Below are positions 40,232-53,600 of a DNA stretch of 64,000 nt, in pieces. Both the position numbers and the translations under genes were made by a program. This stretch comes from Antedon mediterranea (lineage: Eukaryota > Animalia > Echinodermata): NCBI RefSeq assembly GCF_964355755.1, contig NC_092679.1, positions 12,197,432 through 12,261,431 on the forward strand, read 5' to 3'. Numbering within the stretch: the first letter of the stretch is position 1; each line of letters begins with the position of its first letter. A model generated the notes under the pieces. It made no database searches and was not told where the DNA came from. It worked only from the letters and a program-made list of their open reading frames with translations.

Positions 40232-40616
40232 ATTGAATTTAAATGGTTTTATAGCCTGTTCACATTGAATTTAAATGGTTTTATAGTCTGTTCAGAATGA
40301 ATTTAAATGGTTTTATAGCCTGTTTACATTGAATTTAAATGGTTTTATAGCCTGTTTACATTGAATTTAAATGGTTTTATAGCCTGTTTACATTGAATTT
40401 AAATGGTTTTATAGCCTGTTTACATTGAATTTAAATGGTTTTATAGCCTGTTCACATTGAATTTAAATGGTTTTATAGCCTGTTTACATTGAATTTAAAT
40501 GGTTTTATAGTCTGTTTACATTGAATTTAAATGGTTTTATAGTCTGTTCACATTGAATTTAAATGGTTTTATAGCCTGTTCACATTGAATTTAAATGGTT
40601 TTATAGTCTGTTCAGA
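40232..40616 (+). repeat. 32-bp minisatellite, about 12 copies, immediately after the module B stop codon
   Basis: Unit ATTGAATTTAAATGGTTTTATAG(C/T)CTGTT(C/T)AC repeated head-to-tail. Confidence 0.95.
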
Positions 40617-41940
40617 ATGTAATCATCACAAGCTAGGTATATTTACCCACACCTCCCAACTTGGACAAATGAAATATTTGACAGATTTTAACTATACTGT
40701 ACTTCCGCAGCTGGTCTCTAGTTGAAATGAACACTTCATGCAAAATAGGAGTTCATTCCAAGCTCCATCCCCCTTTCCCCGAACAATTAGGAACATAATG
40801 GAAATGGATCCAGATATGATTATATAAACTGATTGATTTACCTCAACTATGGTACTGGTAGCATTCTTTATTTTACTGGTGTCTTTTCAAATAAAATTTG
40901 GTTGTTTAGTAGTTACCAATCTAATATTGACCTAGACATTAGACAGATGAAAACCATATTTAGAGCATTGTGGTCAATGAAATTGGTCAAAATAAAGCAT
41001 CAAAAGTGGTCACACGAATGTTGATGTATATAATTGAAGTGTATTTTGACAAGTTGAAAATTGAGGAATCTTCTGCATATATTATGGGCAAGATTCAAGT
41101 ATTTCGCTTAAACATTTATGGTATTATTTATTTAACAGAATATAATTTAACATAATTTGTATTTATTTAAATGCTTTGTTTTCTATGTCTATTTTAAGAA
41201 AAATAGGTATGCTGCTTTTAGAAAGTTAATGTGTTTTAAATTGTGTAAATATTGCATAGTTCTTGTATTTTAATTTTTTGGTTTGTTATTGGTTATAAAA
41301 TTAAACCAAATTATATGTTCAGGGGAAAAGATCCAAGATAAAGAAATGTTTATCTGATACTGAGCTAAAAAATTCCAGCTTGCTGTAAATGTTCCTTTAC
41401 AATAATGTTGCGGCTAGACGTTTACTATCCAAGTGAAAACTTTTATTAATTTATTATTCAAAGGTATTTTATATCAATTTTGAATGTAACTAAAATACTT
41501 GATAATCTATGCACTTTGAGTTTTATAATTAAATTTTAACTCCATTTTATATGTGCCTTAATGTATTGTAACTGTCATTGGGAATATTTGTTTGTCTAAT
41601 ACACAGATGTGTACTGGTTGTGGTAAGCTTATTTGTATGTTATGCCTTATAATAAGGCATAAACTCTTATTAGGAATCAAAAACATGGATGTAAATAGCA
41701 TGTTCTGGCATGTTGTAGAAACAAAGAAAAACATTCAATAAACGAACTACTGTGTGGGATCCAGAAGCCATTTTCATCATTCACATTTAGACTAAAAACA
41801 CTAACCTGTAAAATTAAGTACAGGTATCTCCTATTTAATTGAATACAATTTAAATAGAAACACTTAAATATTTATTAAATTGAGTGAAATACTTAATATT
41901 TATGTGAAATATCACACTTAAGTGTGATTACAGCCACTTA

Positions 41941-42076
41941 AGCTGTATTCACCATTCACACTTAGGATATTATCGAAACACTTGCACTTAAAATTTAAAA
42001 ATGATCCTACAGTATCTAAATGAATACCACTTAAGGAAAATCTTTCATTAACTTAGCGTGATTGGTGAATATAGCT
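41941..42076. mobile_element. Short inverted-repeat MITE
   Basis: AGCTGTATTCACCATTCACAC...GCGTGATTGGTGAATATAGCT imperfect TIRs. Confidence 0.55.
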
Positions 42077-43088
42077 ACTGGTCCTCTTCTATTTGCTGAA
42101 TAGTGAGTGTAACACTTTAATTTTCAGAAGGCTTGTACTTAAATCAATCTTTGGTGGATTAATGATGAAATGTCTGTAAACTCTCCTTCTGAAATTGGTT
42201 TCTTCTGTTTTGACACTGTTCTGCATAAAGAAATAGGATATATACTGTTTTATTTATTTATTACCATATTTACTGAGGGTAGCCTATCCAGTTCCTCATA
42301 GAACTGATCATTCAGGGCCCTTTCATTTCGTTTTCATTGTCTCGTTTACCATACATAGCAATTTTCTAATGTGTAATGTCTGTGACAAAAAAAAAGAACC
42401 AATATTACACATAATAATGATCACTATATCAAAATATGTGTGTGAATAATGTATGAAACGATATTGTATAACAATTGTCGTATGCTATAAATGTGTCACT
42501 ATGAATTGCTTTTGGATCGTCCTGTTAGGTTATCTAATATGTTGGTTTCATATATAGTTTTTAAACTAGAACGTTTAAAGTGCTTGTTACTATTACAGTA
42601 ACAAGTTTATTTTTAAAAATTACATGTTACAGTGTTTTTGTAAAGACATCTTTTTATCTTAGTTTTTCAAACACTAAGTTCAAAGAAACCCACTTTAGTG
42701 TGGGAATTATTTTTTAATATCTTTACAGGCCCATATTCATTTTTATCTATTTATTTTAAATTACATATTTTTACTTTTAAAGTTATGTTATACCTTTTAC
42801 TAAAATAGTTGCATCCCGAGGCCTAGATACTGATTTCACAAATCTCGGATATCACTGTTATTTATTTTCAATGTTAATACTGTATTTTTAATACATTTTG
42901 TATGTTACAATTACCTGATTTAAAAGGTTTTCTTTAAATAATTTGAGTAAAACTGTTTAATCAAACACACACATCCTGTCACCAATTTATAATATACCTA
43001 AATATAATAGATTAGACCTAATCTGCTAGCCAGAAGAACATTCCAGTTTGACACCTCTGAAACCAGTTATCACACCAGTAAACCAGTA

Positions 43089-44410
43089 TCTATATATAAA
43101 TTATGGTTAATTCTGACATAGGCGAGCACAATACAAAAACTTCGGTACAAATCTCCGCCTTGGATGCCTACCTTATCTATCCGAGATGTACTGCAAAACG
43201 TAGATTTGATAACATTAGTGTGCACGCCGACGCTATTGTTCCATATTTATATCTTAGGAAGATATTATAAAGAGTTTTTTAACAACATTTATGATTTCAA
43301 CATTGGATTTTCCTCTCAATTTCAATTCTTCCCGGTCAAAGTAATTTCCGGGTTTAAGATAAGTTCACCTTAGTTTCAAATATTTTCTCTCTTTTATACA
43401 CAAGGGAGCAGTTAAAATAATAGATTTGACCCTAATGGTGACTGGAAACAGGCACTATCCATCAATCAATACAGTGTCCCTTTGGAAGACGAAAAAAAAA
43501 TTGGCCATAATCATAGCCATTTCAGTTTTTTGTTTATTTTAAAACATACCACACGTGTGTGAAGGTACAGTAGTTAAATAATAGGAATTATACTGCAAAT
43601 TAATAAAGATCAAATTAAATATACGCCATAAAGAATCAGAATATATTGTGGGGAATAGTATTATAAAATTACATAGGGAGATTTGATGAGACATTTTTCG
43701 AGTGAAATCCCGATAGCTGAGTTTTATTGAGTAAGCTTGCAGGAATAACTGTAGGCTATCTTCCTGTGTCCCGTTAGGACCGAGATGTCTGCCCATGTTG
43801 CAAGCCGTAATGTCTTCTTTCTTGGGCCCACTCTGTCACGGCAGTTAGTTTCAAAAGATGATTAAATTAAATAATGTATTAATAATTATTAGGATGGTAT
43901 TCATTTGAATAAACGCCTCTCCAATAAAACATCACTTTGAATAATAACCCCCCCCCCCCCCACAACCCAACTATCTAATAAACGTCCATCCACATATTTA
44001 TAATAACACAATTATACTATTTGTAGTAGAATTCACCGCACTGTTATCTGCAATTTACCAAGCATTTGTTATTCTTTTTTACCACTTTTAATATCTATGA
44101 GAGGATTTCATTTGATTATAAATGTTACCATATTATTAGAACTAAAAAATTTAACATATATCCCTCGAATAAGCACCTCCCTCAAATGACCTCCGCCTCC
44201 CCAAAGGGCCCTACCAAACAATAAAAACTATACTTTAAAATGTTATTAATCATCTAAAACACTGTGAAACAAAGTAGTTTAGTTTTACGAATGTCAAGCA
44301 TTTTCAATAATGGTAACCGACAGAATATGTATAAGGAGAACATTATCATTCCGAGAACCATCGTCTACACTTCCTAGAGGGGGAGCGAGCGAAGCGAGCT
44401 CACCCTCTAG
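43089..44410 (+). mobile_element. Non-autonomous Helitron, family 1
   Basis: 5' end A|TCTATATATAAA; 3' hairpin AGGGGGAGCGAGCGAAGCGAGCTCACCCT followed by CTAG|T; no TSD. Near-identical copies at 52633-53952 and 15364-18291. Confidence 0.92.
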
Positions 44411-45142
44411 TAAACTAAATTACAGTTAATTCAAACTGGTTTTAACTGGAATTTTTGCTTGAGGGTTACCTTGGCATATTGGAATAACATATAGGTACAA
44501 ACATCTTTTGATGATAACTTCAGCAACATTGTTCAATTTCTACACATCTTTATTTATTATTCAAATCACACTAATACGCGTAATTGAATTAGCCTTACCA
44601 AAGAAGTAAAGCAAGCATCCATCACTTTTTATCTATATGCAAATTAAGTCATGCTTCCTTATTATAGAACTCATTGCCACCTTAAGTGTATCCATAAGAA
44701 TGCTTTTAACAGGCTGCATTCGGATTCAGCAACTTATTTTCTAACTTCTTTTCATGGTTGTAAAGTTGCTGCATGTTTTTTTCTGAGTATGTGTTTTAAA
44801 TATTAAATGTAAGGTTTATAACCGTTCTTATATTAAGCACAATGCAATTCAAATACATTCATTATTTATAAGTAGAAAGATTAAATTGCTTGTTTAAGAA
44901 TGTAACTGTATTGACAGTAGAGGGAAACTGCGCTGTGTTGTGTTTTGCGCTATTCTCATGTAGTTTGTTTTGCCTTCGGTCTCTCGTATGCCGATTTGTT
45001 TCGTTGACGAACCATAACAGAAAATGGTTTTTACGAATAAAGTTCTGATTCTCCGAGATCAATTTTGCCTATTTCATTGATTCCTCTGTGTGGGCTTGTT
45101 CTTCATAATATTTCTCTATTTATATTGAGAAATAACAAGATA

Positions 45143-45297
45143 CAGTAGAACCCCATACTACCAGAACACAACAACGTTTTCCATTTCTCTATTAAAAATG
45201 TATGTAAAAACATATATTCCTCTTTTTTGGTCACTGGAAAGTGTCCACATAATAAGGGATGTCACTACAGTAGGCAGTGGAGAGATCGGTTCCACTG
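45143..45297. mobile_element. Degenerate Tc1/mariner-type MITE
   Basis: TA|CAGTAGAACC...GGTTCCACTG|TA. Confidence 0.5.
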
Positions 45298-46118
45298 TAA
45301 TAATAGCATTTTCATATTTAATGAATTACCCCGGAGTTAGGGATAATAAAGTTGTATTGAATTGATTAAAATGTGTAATATAATTGTAAAGCAATCTACA
45401 TTAGGAAAATTGTCAAGCATCCACTGTGTACACAAAGTTTGTGTATTTTATTGACCCAGCACTGTTGAAGCTTGCTGAACATTTTGAGAATATGAGCATT
45501 GTGAACAGCTAATAAACGGTTGGCAATGGTAATGTTATATCATTTTTTATCAGAAGTCACACACATTACAGAGGCATATTATTAGGCCTGCCGCAGACCA
45601 ATGCAAGTTAAATTTTCGTGATCTGCAAAAGATATTGTGCAGAGAAAAAATGTCTTCTTTTTTGTTAAATTTCTTGTATAATAATATAATTGTTTACCTT
45701 CGTCTAATTACGCCACACTGCAAGCATATTATTTTTTAATTACAATTTAATTCAAAATATATATATTTCACACATATGTACTAAATGTTTATTGTGCACA
45801 GAAAATAATATATACAATGGAATGACTCATGCGTATAGCTTTACTTGTACAGTATCTCACCTGGTGCTCCAGGTATAGCTTATGCAAATTTGGCCAGCAT
45901 GCTTGGATTGGACAGTAGCCTGTTGGAACTTGGTTGGTGGTGTGACTGTAGGCCTATAGAGACTTTGCTTTTAAGAATACTTACTGAGTATTGTAGCTGT
46001 TTTTACTTTACTTTAGAGGAATATCTTAGGTAAGCGTTGTTCTGTTAAATTCACTGCTTGTATCTTTATACAAGTATATGATACATACTTATAAGCTTGC
46101 TTTTATTTAAGCCTAATA

Positions 46119-46300
46119 ATGTTGATATAAAGTTTGCGGTACACCACGTATATTAGTTCTGAAAAGAACTGTTCAGTTTCTCGACGTTTCGATCAATATC
46201 CTTTGATCTGAGGATGATCAAAGCATATAGATCGCAACGTTGAGAAACTCAACAGTTCTTTTCAGAACTAATATGTGTACCGCAAACTTTTTATCAACAT
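46119..46300. mobile_element. Inverted-repeat Penelope-like pseudo-LTR fragment with a degenerate hammerhead
   Basis: About 85-bp arms form a palindrome. The + arm has CTGAGGA-TGATC...GATC-GCAACGTT and the - arm has GATC...GATC-GAAACGTC. Confidence 0.65.
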
Positions 46301-47021
46301 TTGATTTTGCCATGCAAATCTTCAAACAATATTATAGGTCTAATAATATTCTTTATGTAGCGATGTACAGTAGGCCTATCAGGTATTACTTTTATGCACT
46401 TTACGTTAGTACTAAAGTTTAACATTTGTTTTGTTTGTTATAGTCAGTCAGTCAAGCATCCATACCGAAATAAAGAAACTGAATTGCTGTCTCCTTATTT
46501 AGCAGCTACAATTATTGATTTGCTCAAGGTTAATCAGTAAGAAGCGTTTTAATGATGTACGTGTACATCCGTTATTTGCCGTATTTTCATCATTTTTAAA
46601 CATAATTGTTGTAACACAATACGTTTTTGCATACATTGGTCATAATAATATTTATATTGATCATGTATGCACTTATGAAAATAAACACATTATATAATAT
46701 AGCCATAAAAGTAGGATTATGCCTATAATTATAACGACAATTACTAATTTACGAAATTTATAATAATAAAAACAATTACTAATTAACGAAATATGATGAT
46801 AACAAATATTAAAGACATGTCTACAAAATAGTAATTCTAATATATTGTTACCTATAACGTTACTAAAAATCAATTGCATGCCCACCCTCTTTATGGCAAA
46901 CTATTTGATTTCTGTATTTCCATGTTTTTTTAATGGAATTATGTTGCATTTGCTTTAGATTTATTACAAAAATGTACAATTTCATTTTAATTAATTAGTG
47001 TATACTTTGACTTGTATTGAA

Positions 47022-47571
47022 GGGTATTGCTAAACACCGCAAACCTCCAAAAAAACATAGCAAACCCCACCGAACCAACATAAAAGTGATTGAATCATGT
47101 AGTGTACAACCCACTGGGTATATCAATGTAAAAAAAATATTAAATTTCTACTGTTAACTACTTATTTTTGGGGTAAAACATCATTTTTTGGTCAAAAATG
47201 ATTGCTAATTTTTAACCAAAAAATGATGTTTTACCCCAAAAATAATTAGTTAACAGTAGAAATTTAATATTTTTTTTACATGGATATACCCAGTGGGTTG
47301 TACACTACATTATTCAATCAGTTTTATGTTGGTTCGATGGGGTTTGCTATATTTTTTTGGAGGTTTGCGGGGTTTAGCAATCATTTTTGACCAAAAAATG
47401 ATGTTTTACCCCAAAAATAATTAGTTAACAGTAAAAATGTATTATTTGTTTTACATGGATATACCCAGTGGGTTGTACACTACATGATTCAATCACTTTT
47501 ATGTTGGTTCGATGGGGTTTGCTATGTTTTTTTTTAAGGTTTGCGGGGGTTTGCGGTGTTTAGCAATACCC
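47022..47571. mobile_element. Mutator-like foldback MITE
   Basis: Long TIRs starting GGGTATTGCTAAACACCGCAAAC; perfect 9-bp TSD TGTATTGAA (47013-47021 and 47572-47580). The right arm is present twice. Confidence 0.88.
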
Positions 47572-47682
47572 TGTATTGAACTTAAATAAAATGAAAGCTT
47601 TATAGTCTGATTTTACAATCGCTTCCATTTTTTACAGTTTTGATAAAATTATGTAATTTAAAATCAATACATTATAACAGTC

Positions 47683-50600
47683 TTAGTTTATTTTTTCATC
47701 TTCATTGTCCGATTCACTTATGTCTCCTTCTTCTCCACTGCTAACAGATACCTCCATCGCGCTGGCATTCTTGTCCGTAAACATGATGTTGTGAAGTGGA
47801 AATTTGTCTTTCTTTTCATAATCTAAAATATATAATAAAGCTATAGTAAATAAATGATAAATTATCATCGACAATTAAAAAAATAACCGAAAGGGGTATT
47901 TTCTGAATGTTGTACGATTTTTGATGACGTTTTACCTAAATTCGTTTAAATCGTCAATAACTAATTTTCTAACCCCAAGTTAATTAGTTTATACTGGTTT
48001 TCATTAGGTGGTAAAAGTCAGTACCGAAAGTATGTACCAAATTTCTATATATTGAAATATATATATTCTATATATAGTGAAAATTCTAGAAGTTACGCGA
48101 AATTTGTCAATACGAAAATTTATATATATATATATATATTGTTTCGCATGTTTTTTAGGTAGCGAGGTTTTATGGTGTAGCATTATTCCTAGTTTGACAT
48201 ACCTCTTATGTTGTTTTCAATGTTATTGAGAAATCTATCCCACCAGGCACGTTCTTCTGATGTAAAAAATGTGGCAATAGTAAAAACGGTTTTCTTTAAT
48301 CTTGACAAATCAGCATTGCTGAAATCAGGAGTGCATAAAAGTGGTACATCCGTAGGCTTATTCTTTAGCAGATATGGAATTGTCTTGTCCCGTGCGCACT
48401 CAGACCAAGAAGAATCTGTTGACCAGTTCTTGAAAGACATAACACATTTTCCTGTTTGGTCCAAAACAAATTTAAACTGGTGTGGTTTACTGTGGAAGCG
48501 TATATTGTCCTGCATATACGGCATTAACCAGTTCTTAATATCGTGCAGATATGAAATAACTCTTGACTTGATGGTAAACTTTTTGACGGAAGTTTCAACT
48601 GCCTTTTGAAGGTGGTCAAGTGTACAAGCTTGATTTGTATCCATATGTTTGGCCACGCATGAAAATAATTGATCGATATCTTCGTGAGTATGACCCGCCA
48701 TCAGAAATCCTAACTTTATCTGTAATAAAGAGTAAAATAAGTTGTGACTGTCTGTCAAACACAAACTTTACGTGTGGCAAATTTGGGCGCGTGTAACCGT
48801 CCATGACAAATTGTGATTTGGGTTAAACTTAAATAAAATAGGTTTACATCATGAGCGTCAAAACACCATTCATTTTGATAAAATCGTAAGGTAATCGTAA
48901 ATGATAAGATAATATAAAAATTAATTTTGTATTATATTATTATAATTTATATTTGCTTTAAAACTTTTATACAATGTACAAAGTCAAGTGTGGATGTGAC
49001 TGAAATTGTGTATGAATTTGACGTGGTGTTACCATTTGATATAGTAATGTATATTCATACCTTTCGAAAAATCTTTAACTCTACGAGAAGAGCACATAGT
49101 CCCCAAACGAATCGATGTTTGATTCCCTTGCCAACATTATCCAGCTGTAGATATAGCACTGGTGGTAAAGGTTGTATTTCTGACAATACCCTCAGAATGA
49201 TATTGCAGGTTAAATTGCAGTCGTCTGCAAACTGCTTTAGGTCAATAAAGCAGCGTCCATGTCGCCCATGAACCAAGACACCGGTTACATGTGTACCTAG
49301 TTCCCACATATTAGATGTAATCTCCGTTGATCCACCACCAAAAGATGGCAAACTGGTTTTATTTTGGTCCATTCCGTCGATAATCATTGATAAATACTTG
49401 TTCGGATTTTGGCGGGCTTTCTTTATATGCTTGTAGTACTTTCGACGCTCAGTACTGAAAAAAGGATAATCACACATATAACTATAAGATTTATTGATAA
49501 TGTTTAGGGCGGCAACCCTGCAAAACCCCTAAAAAGACAATTATAATGTGCCGTTCGATGTTATTTACACAGGATTGCCTCTAAGAATTCTTTAAAATAT
49601 ACCAATCACATGGTAGGAGACGCCATTTTTTTATTCAAGGTGGCGGATAATTTTTTAATGTACTTTAAAACCTTCCCAGGACTCTCCAGTTCGGTCATCA
49701 TTTTGACACTCCATGTTGTAGCAGCACACACGGGCACTGCAGGTGCTGTTGTCTAGATACGATAATCGGATGGTGTAAAGTTATGTGTAATAGTAGGCCT
49801 AAACATTTATATAACGTGCTTTAGTCATTCTCTGTGTTTTTGTTGATCGCCTTTCTCTCTACCCAACCCAATTGTCTTTGTAACTATTACTATAGTTCTA
49901 AATTATGTAGGCCTACTTACTTTTGTTTTCGTAAATGCTTCTCTCTCTTCATCAGTAGTATTTTCCGCTTTTGCTTTTGATGTTCCTTATGAAGCTCACA
50001 TTTGATTCGTATACATTTGCCACATTTTGCAAAACGATTTTCCTATTTATGAAGTTGTAATGTAAAATAGTATAAAAAGTTTAAGGATATTCCCAGGATA
50101 TTATAGACTCTTCATTCATTACTAGAAGTAAGAAACTGAGTTATTAGGGTACCAACGTACTCTGCATAACTCTCATTATGAGGTACAATTACTTTCGGAT
50201 GTATACTGCTTATTAACAGTGTAGTGCATTGAGAGTTGATTTTACTGGAAATTGAACTCGCAAGTCTTTCTACATGTATCGTAACTACTAGGCTTTAATT
50301 AAGAACATGTCTAAGTAATTAAGGCTAAAACTATTTGATTTATTCAATTTCAGCATGACATAAATTACAATCATACAGTCATGTAAACTACATGATAAGG
50401 ATTATCAGAAACGAACTAAATCAGATTTTTCTTTAACAGAATAAATAAATATATAATATAATTTTGAATAATTGAAAGAAATAACATTTCACAATAACAA
50501 TCTAAAATTACAAAAAAAGATAAAATTTAAAATAGAGGCTTTTATCAGTATCACTGCTTTATGTTTTACTTATATCAATCTGAATGATTTACATTAATTT

Positions 50601-53600
50601 ATCCTTATTCCATTAGCATAAGTCCTGCTACACTGCTTTTATTGCCCTTCTTTGGACCAATATTGAGTCTTAGTAGAGGCAATGTGCGTAATATAATAGG
50701 CTATTGTACAAAGCGGCTACTAAATTATCTGTCTGTGTTTTCGCAATCATTTATTTTAAATTAAGGCGAAGAGGAATGTTATTTGTACTCAATCCAGATA
50801 AGTGTAAATGTAAAATTACCTCAGGTATTACAATGTTTTTGAATTCAGAAGCCCATATCTTGTAAAACGTTGCCAATGCGCACACATCTTCATTTATTAG
50901 CTCAAATTCATCTTTCATGTACATGTACACATCGTGTTTGGTAAGCGTCGATGGTAGATACATTTTACCATTAGTTGATATTAGATCAGCGTGTTCATTA
51001 CAAAACTTGATCAACCAAGCTCGACACTGCTGCGTTGAGTTGCTATACACCATCTTTCTTGAGAAGTTTAGTGGTAAAATATAACGACACCCTTCTGAAA
51101 AAGAAATAAAATGTATGTGTCTAAAATACGTTCTAATGTTATCTATCTATTAATGCTTAACTGGCTGTAGATAGATATGTAATTCTATTTTCAAATTAAA
51201 GTAATCGTGATGCTTAGTAATAGGAAAATTATTGATTATTATAAATCGATTCAGATTATGTCAAGAACATACATGGCATATCTAGCAAAATAAACACATT
51301 CGGTACCCAACCAAGTGTTCTTTTAATAGTGGTGTCCTCTGAATCAGGGTTGGCTTGTGTCCCTTTAATAGTGTTTTCTTTTGAAAGTGTCGCAAAGGAG
51401 AGATTGTAGTTGTACTTAAATGAACTCTGTATGGCGAAAATAATAATTTATAATAATCTATTACCAATAGCTTGCTTCCTTATTTTGTAAAACGTTGACC
51501 GGCCTATACCGTGTACTAGCATCCATGCTTTTGCACAAACATTGTTAGCGCCGACAAGTAGACAGATTTGTTTAGCTCCTTTAGACGTGCTGAGATGTTC
51601 ATTGAAATATTCTAGCATCCAACTACGCTGTTCGTATTCAGTCTTCGCTTGGAACTCTTCCCGTGTCTGATTCATTTCTTTGAAAGTTAGCATACCAATG
51701 CACATTAATGTACAACAGCAGTTTAAATACAATCTGTGTATTGGCTGTAGGTGATTTCTTTTCCTGCCTAGAGAAACAAAACTTATATTATCCCTCTTTT
51801 TATTTTCTACAGGAACATAGCAAATGTTAATATTATTTACATTGTATGTCGAAGCATGTATTATACTGGGTACTAATTCAAGCATGCTTTGGCATAGAGA
51901 CATTTGGTAAATATTACACGGCATAGGCACCCACCATTATATCACTGGTATATCGTATTACACGACATAGGCCACCCACCATTATATCACCGGTATATCG
52001 TATTACACGACATAGGCCACCCACCATTATATCACTGGTATATCGTATTACACGACATAGGCCACCCACCATTATATCACCGGTATATCGTATTACACGA
52101 CATAGGCCACCCACCATTATATCACTGGTATATCGTATTACATGACATAGGCCACCCACCATTATATCACTGGTATATCGTATTACACGACATAGGCACC
52201 CACCATTATATCACTGGTATATCGTATTACACGACATAGGCCACCCACCATTATATCACTGGTATATCGTATTACACGACATAGGCCACCCACCATTATA
52301 TCACTGGTATATCGTATTTAATAATACATAAAAATACATATAAACATAGAATTTCACTAATTCTTAAAATTTAGCAGCAGGAAAAAAATTGAATTGTATC
52401 TTAGTTACCATCAAATTATGTACAAATTACAAAATTCATATGGGCGTTCCATTATTATCGCATTAATTCATAATACATTTTGGTCTTTATCAATGAATGG
52501 CAGAATTCATGGTAAACTTTTCCAATCGTGTTAGCCAACCAGGAAAAAATGATTTTACAATACGACGCCACTGCCATTGAATATTATCAATACAAACATT
52601 GTCTATACATACGAACCTAGTGACAGATGACATCTATATATAAATTATGGTTAATTCTGACATAGGCGAGCACAATGCAAAAACTTCTCTACAAATCTCC
52701 GCCTTGGATACCTACCTTATCTATCCGAGATGTACCGCGAAACGTAGATTTGATAACATTAGTGTGCACGCCGACGCTATTGTTCCATATTTATATCTTA
52801 GGAAGATATTATAAAGAGTTTTTTAACAACATTTATGATTTCAACATTGGATTTTCCTCTCAATTTCAATTCTTCCCGGTCAAAGTAATTTCCGGGTTTA
52901 AGATAAGTTCACCTTAGTTTCAAATATTTTCTCTCTTTTGTACACAAGGGAGTAGTTAAAATAATAGATTTGACCCTAAAGGTGACTGGAAACAGGCACT
53001 TTCCATCAATCAATACATTGTCCCTTTGGAAGACGAAAAAAAAATTGGCCATTAATCATAGCCAATTCAGTTTTTTGTTTATTTTAAAACATACCACACG
53101 TGTGTGAAGGTACAGTAGTTAAATAATAGGAATTATACTGCAAATTAATAAAGATCAAATTAAATATACACCATAAAGAATCAGAATATATTGTGGGGAA
53201 TAGTACAGTATTATAAAATTACATAGGGAGATTTGATAAGACATTTGTCGAGTGAAATCCCGATAGCTGAGTTGTATTGAGTAAGCTTGCAGGAATAACT
53301 GTAGGCTATCTTCCTGTGTCCCGTTAGGACCGAGATGTCTGCCCATGTTGCAAGCCGTAATGTCTTCTTTCTTGGGCCCACTCTGTCACGGCAGTTAGTC
53401 TCAAAAGATGATTAAATTAAATAATGTATTAATAATTATTAGGATGGTATTCATTTGAATAAACGCCCCTCCAATAAAACATCACTTTGAATAATAACAA
53501 CCCCCTCCCCCCCCCCCCCACAACCCAACTATCTAATAAACGTCCATCCACATATTTATAATAACACAATTATACTATTTGTAGTAGAATTCACCGCACT

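Noticed and set aside
48208-49271. Plus-strand ORFs 48208-48609 and 48927-49271
   Set aside because: Antisense shadows of the transposase-like exons.
51912-52318. CRISPR-like regular repeats and the repetitive ORFs 51904-52239 / 51914-52162
   Set aside because: Head-to-tail 45-bp units with no unique spacers, in a eukaryotic intron. The ORFs are by-products of a unit length divisible by 3.
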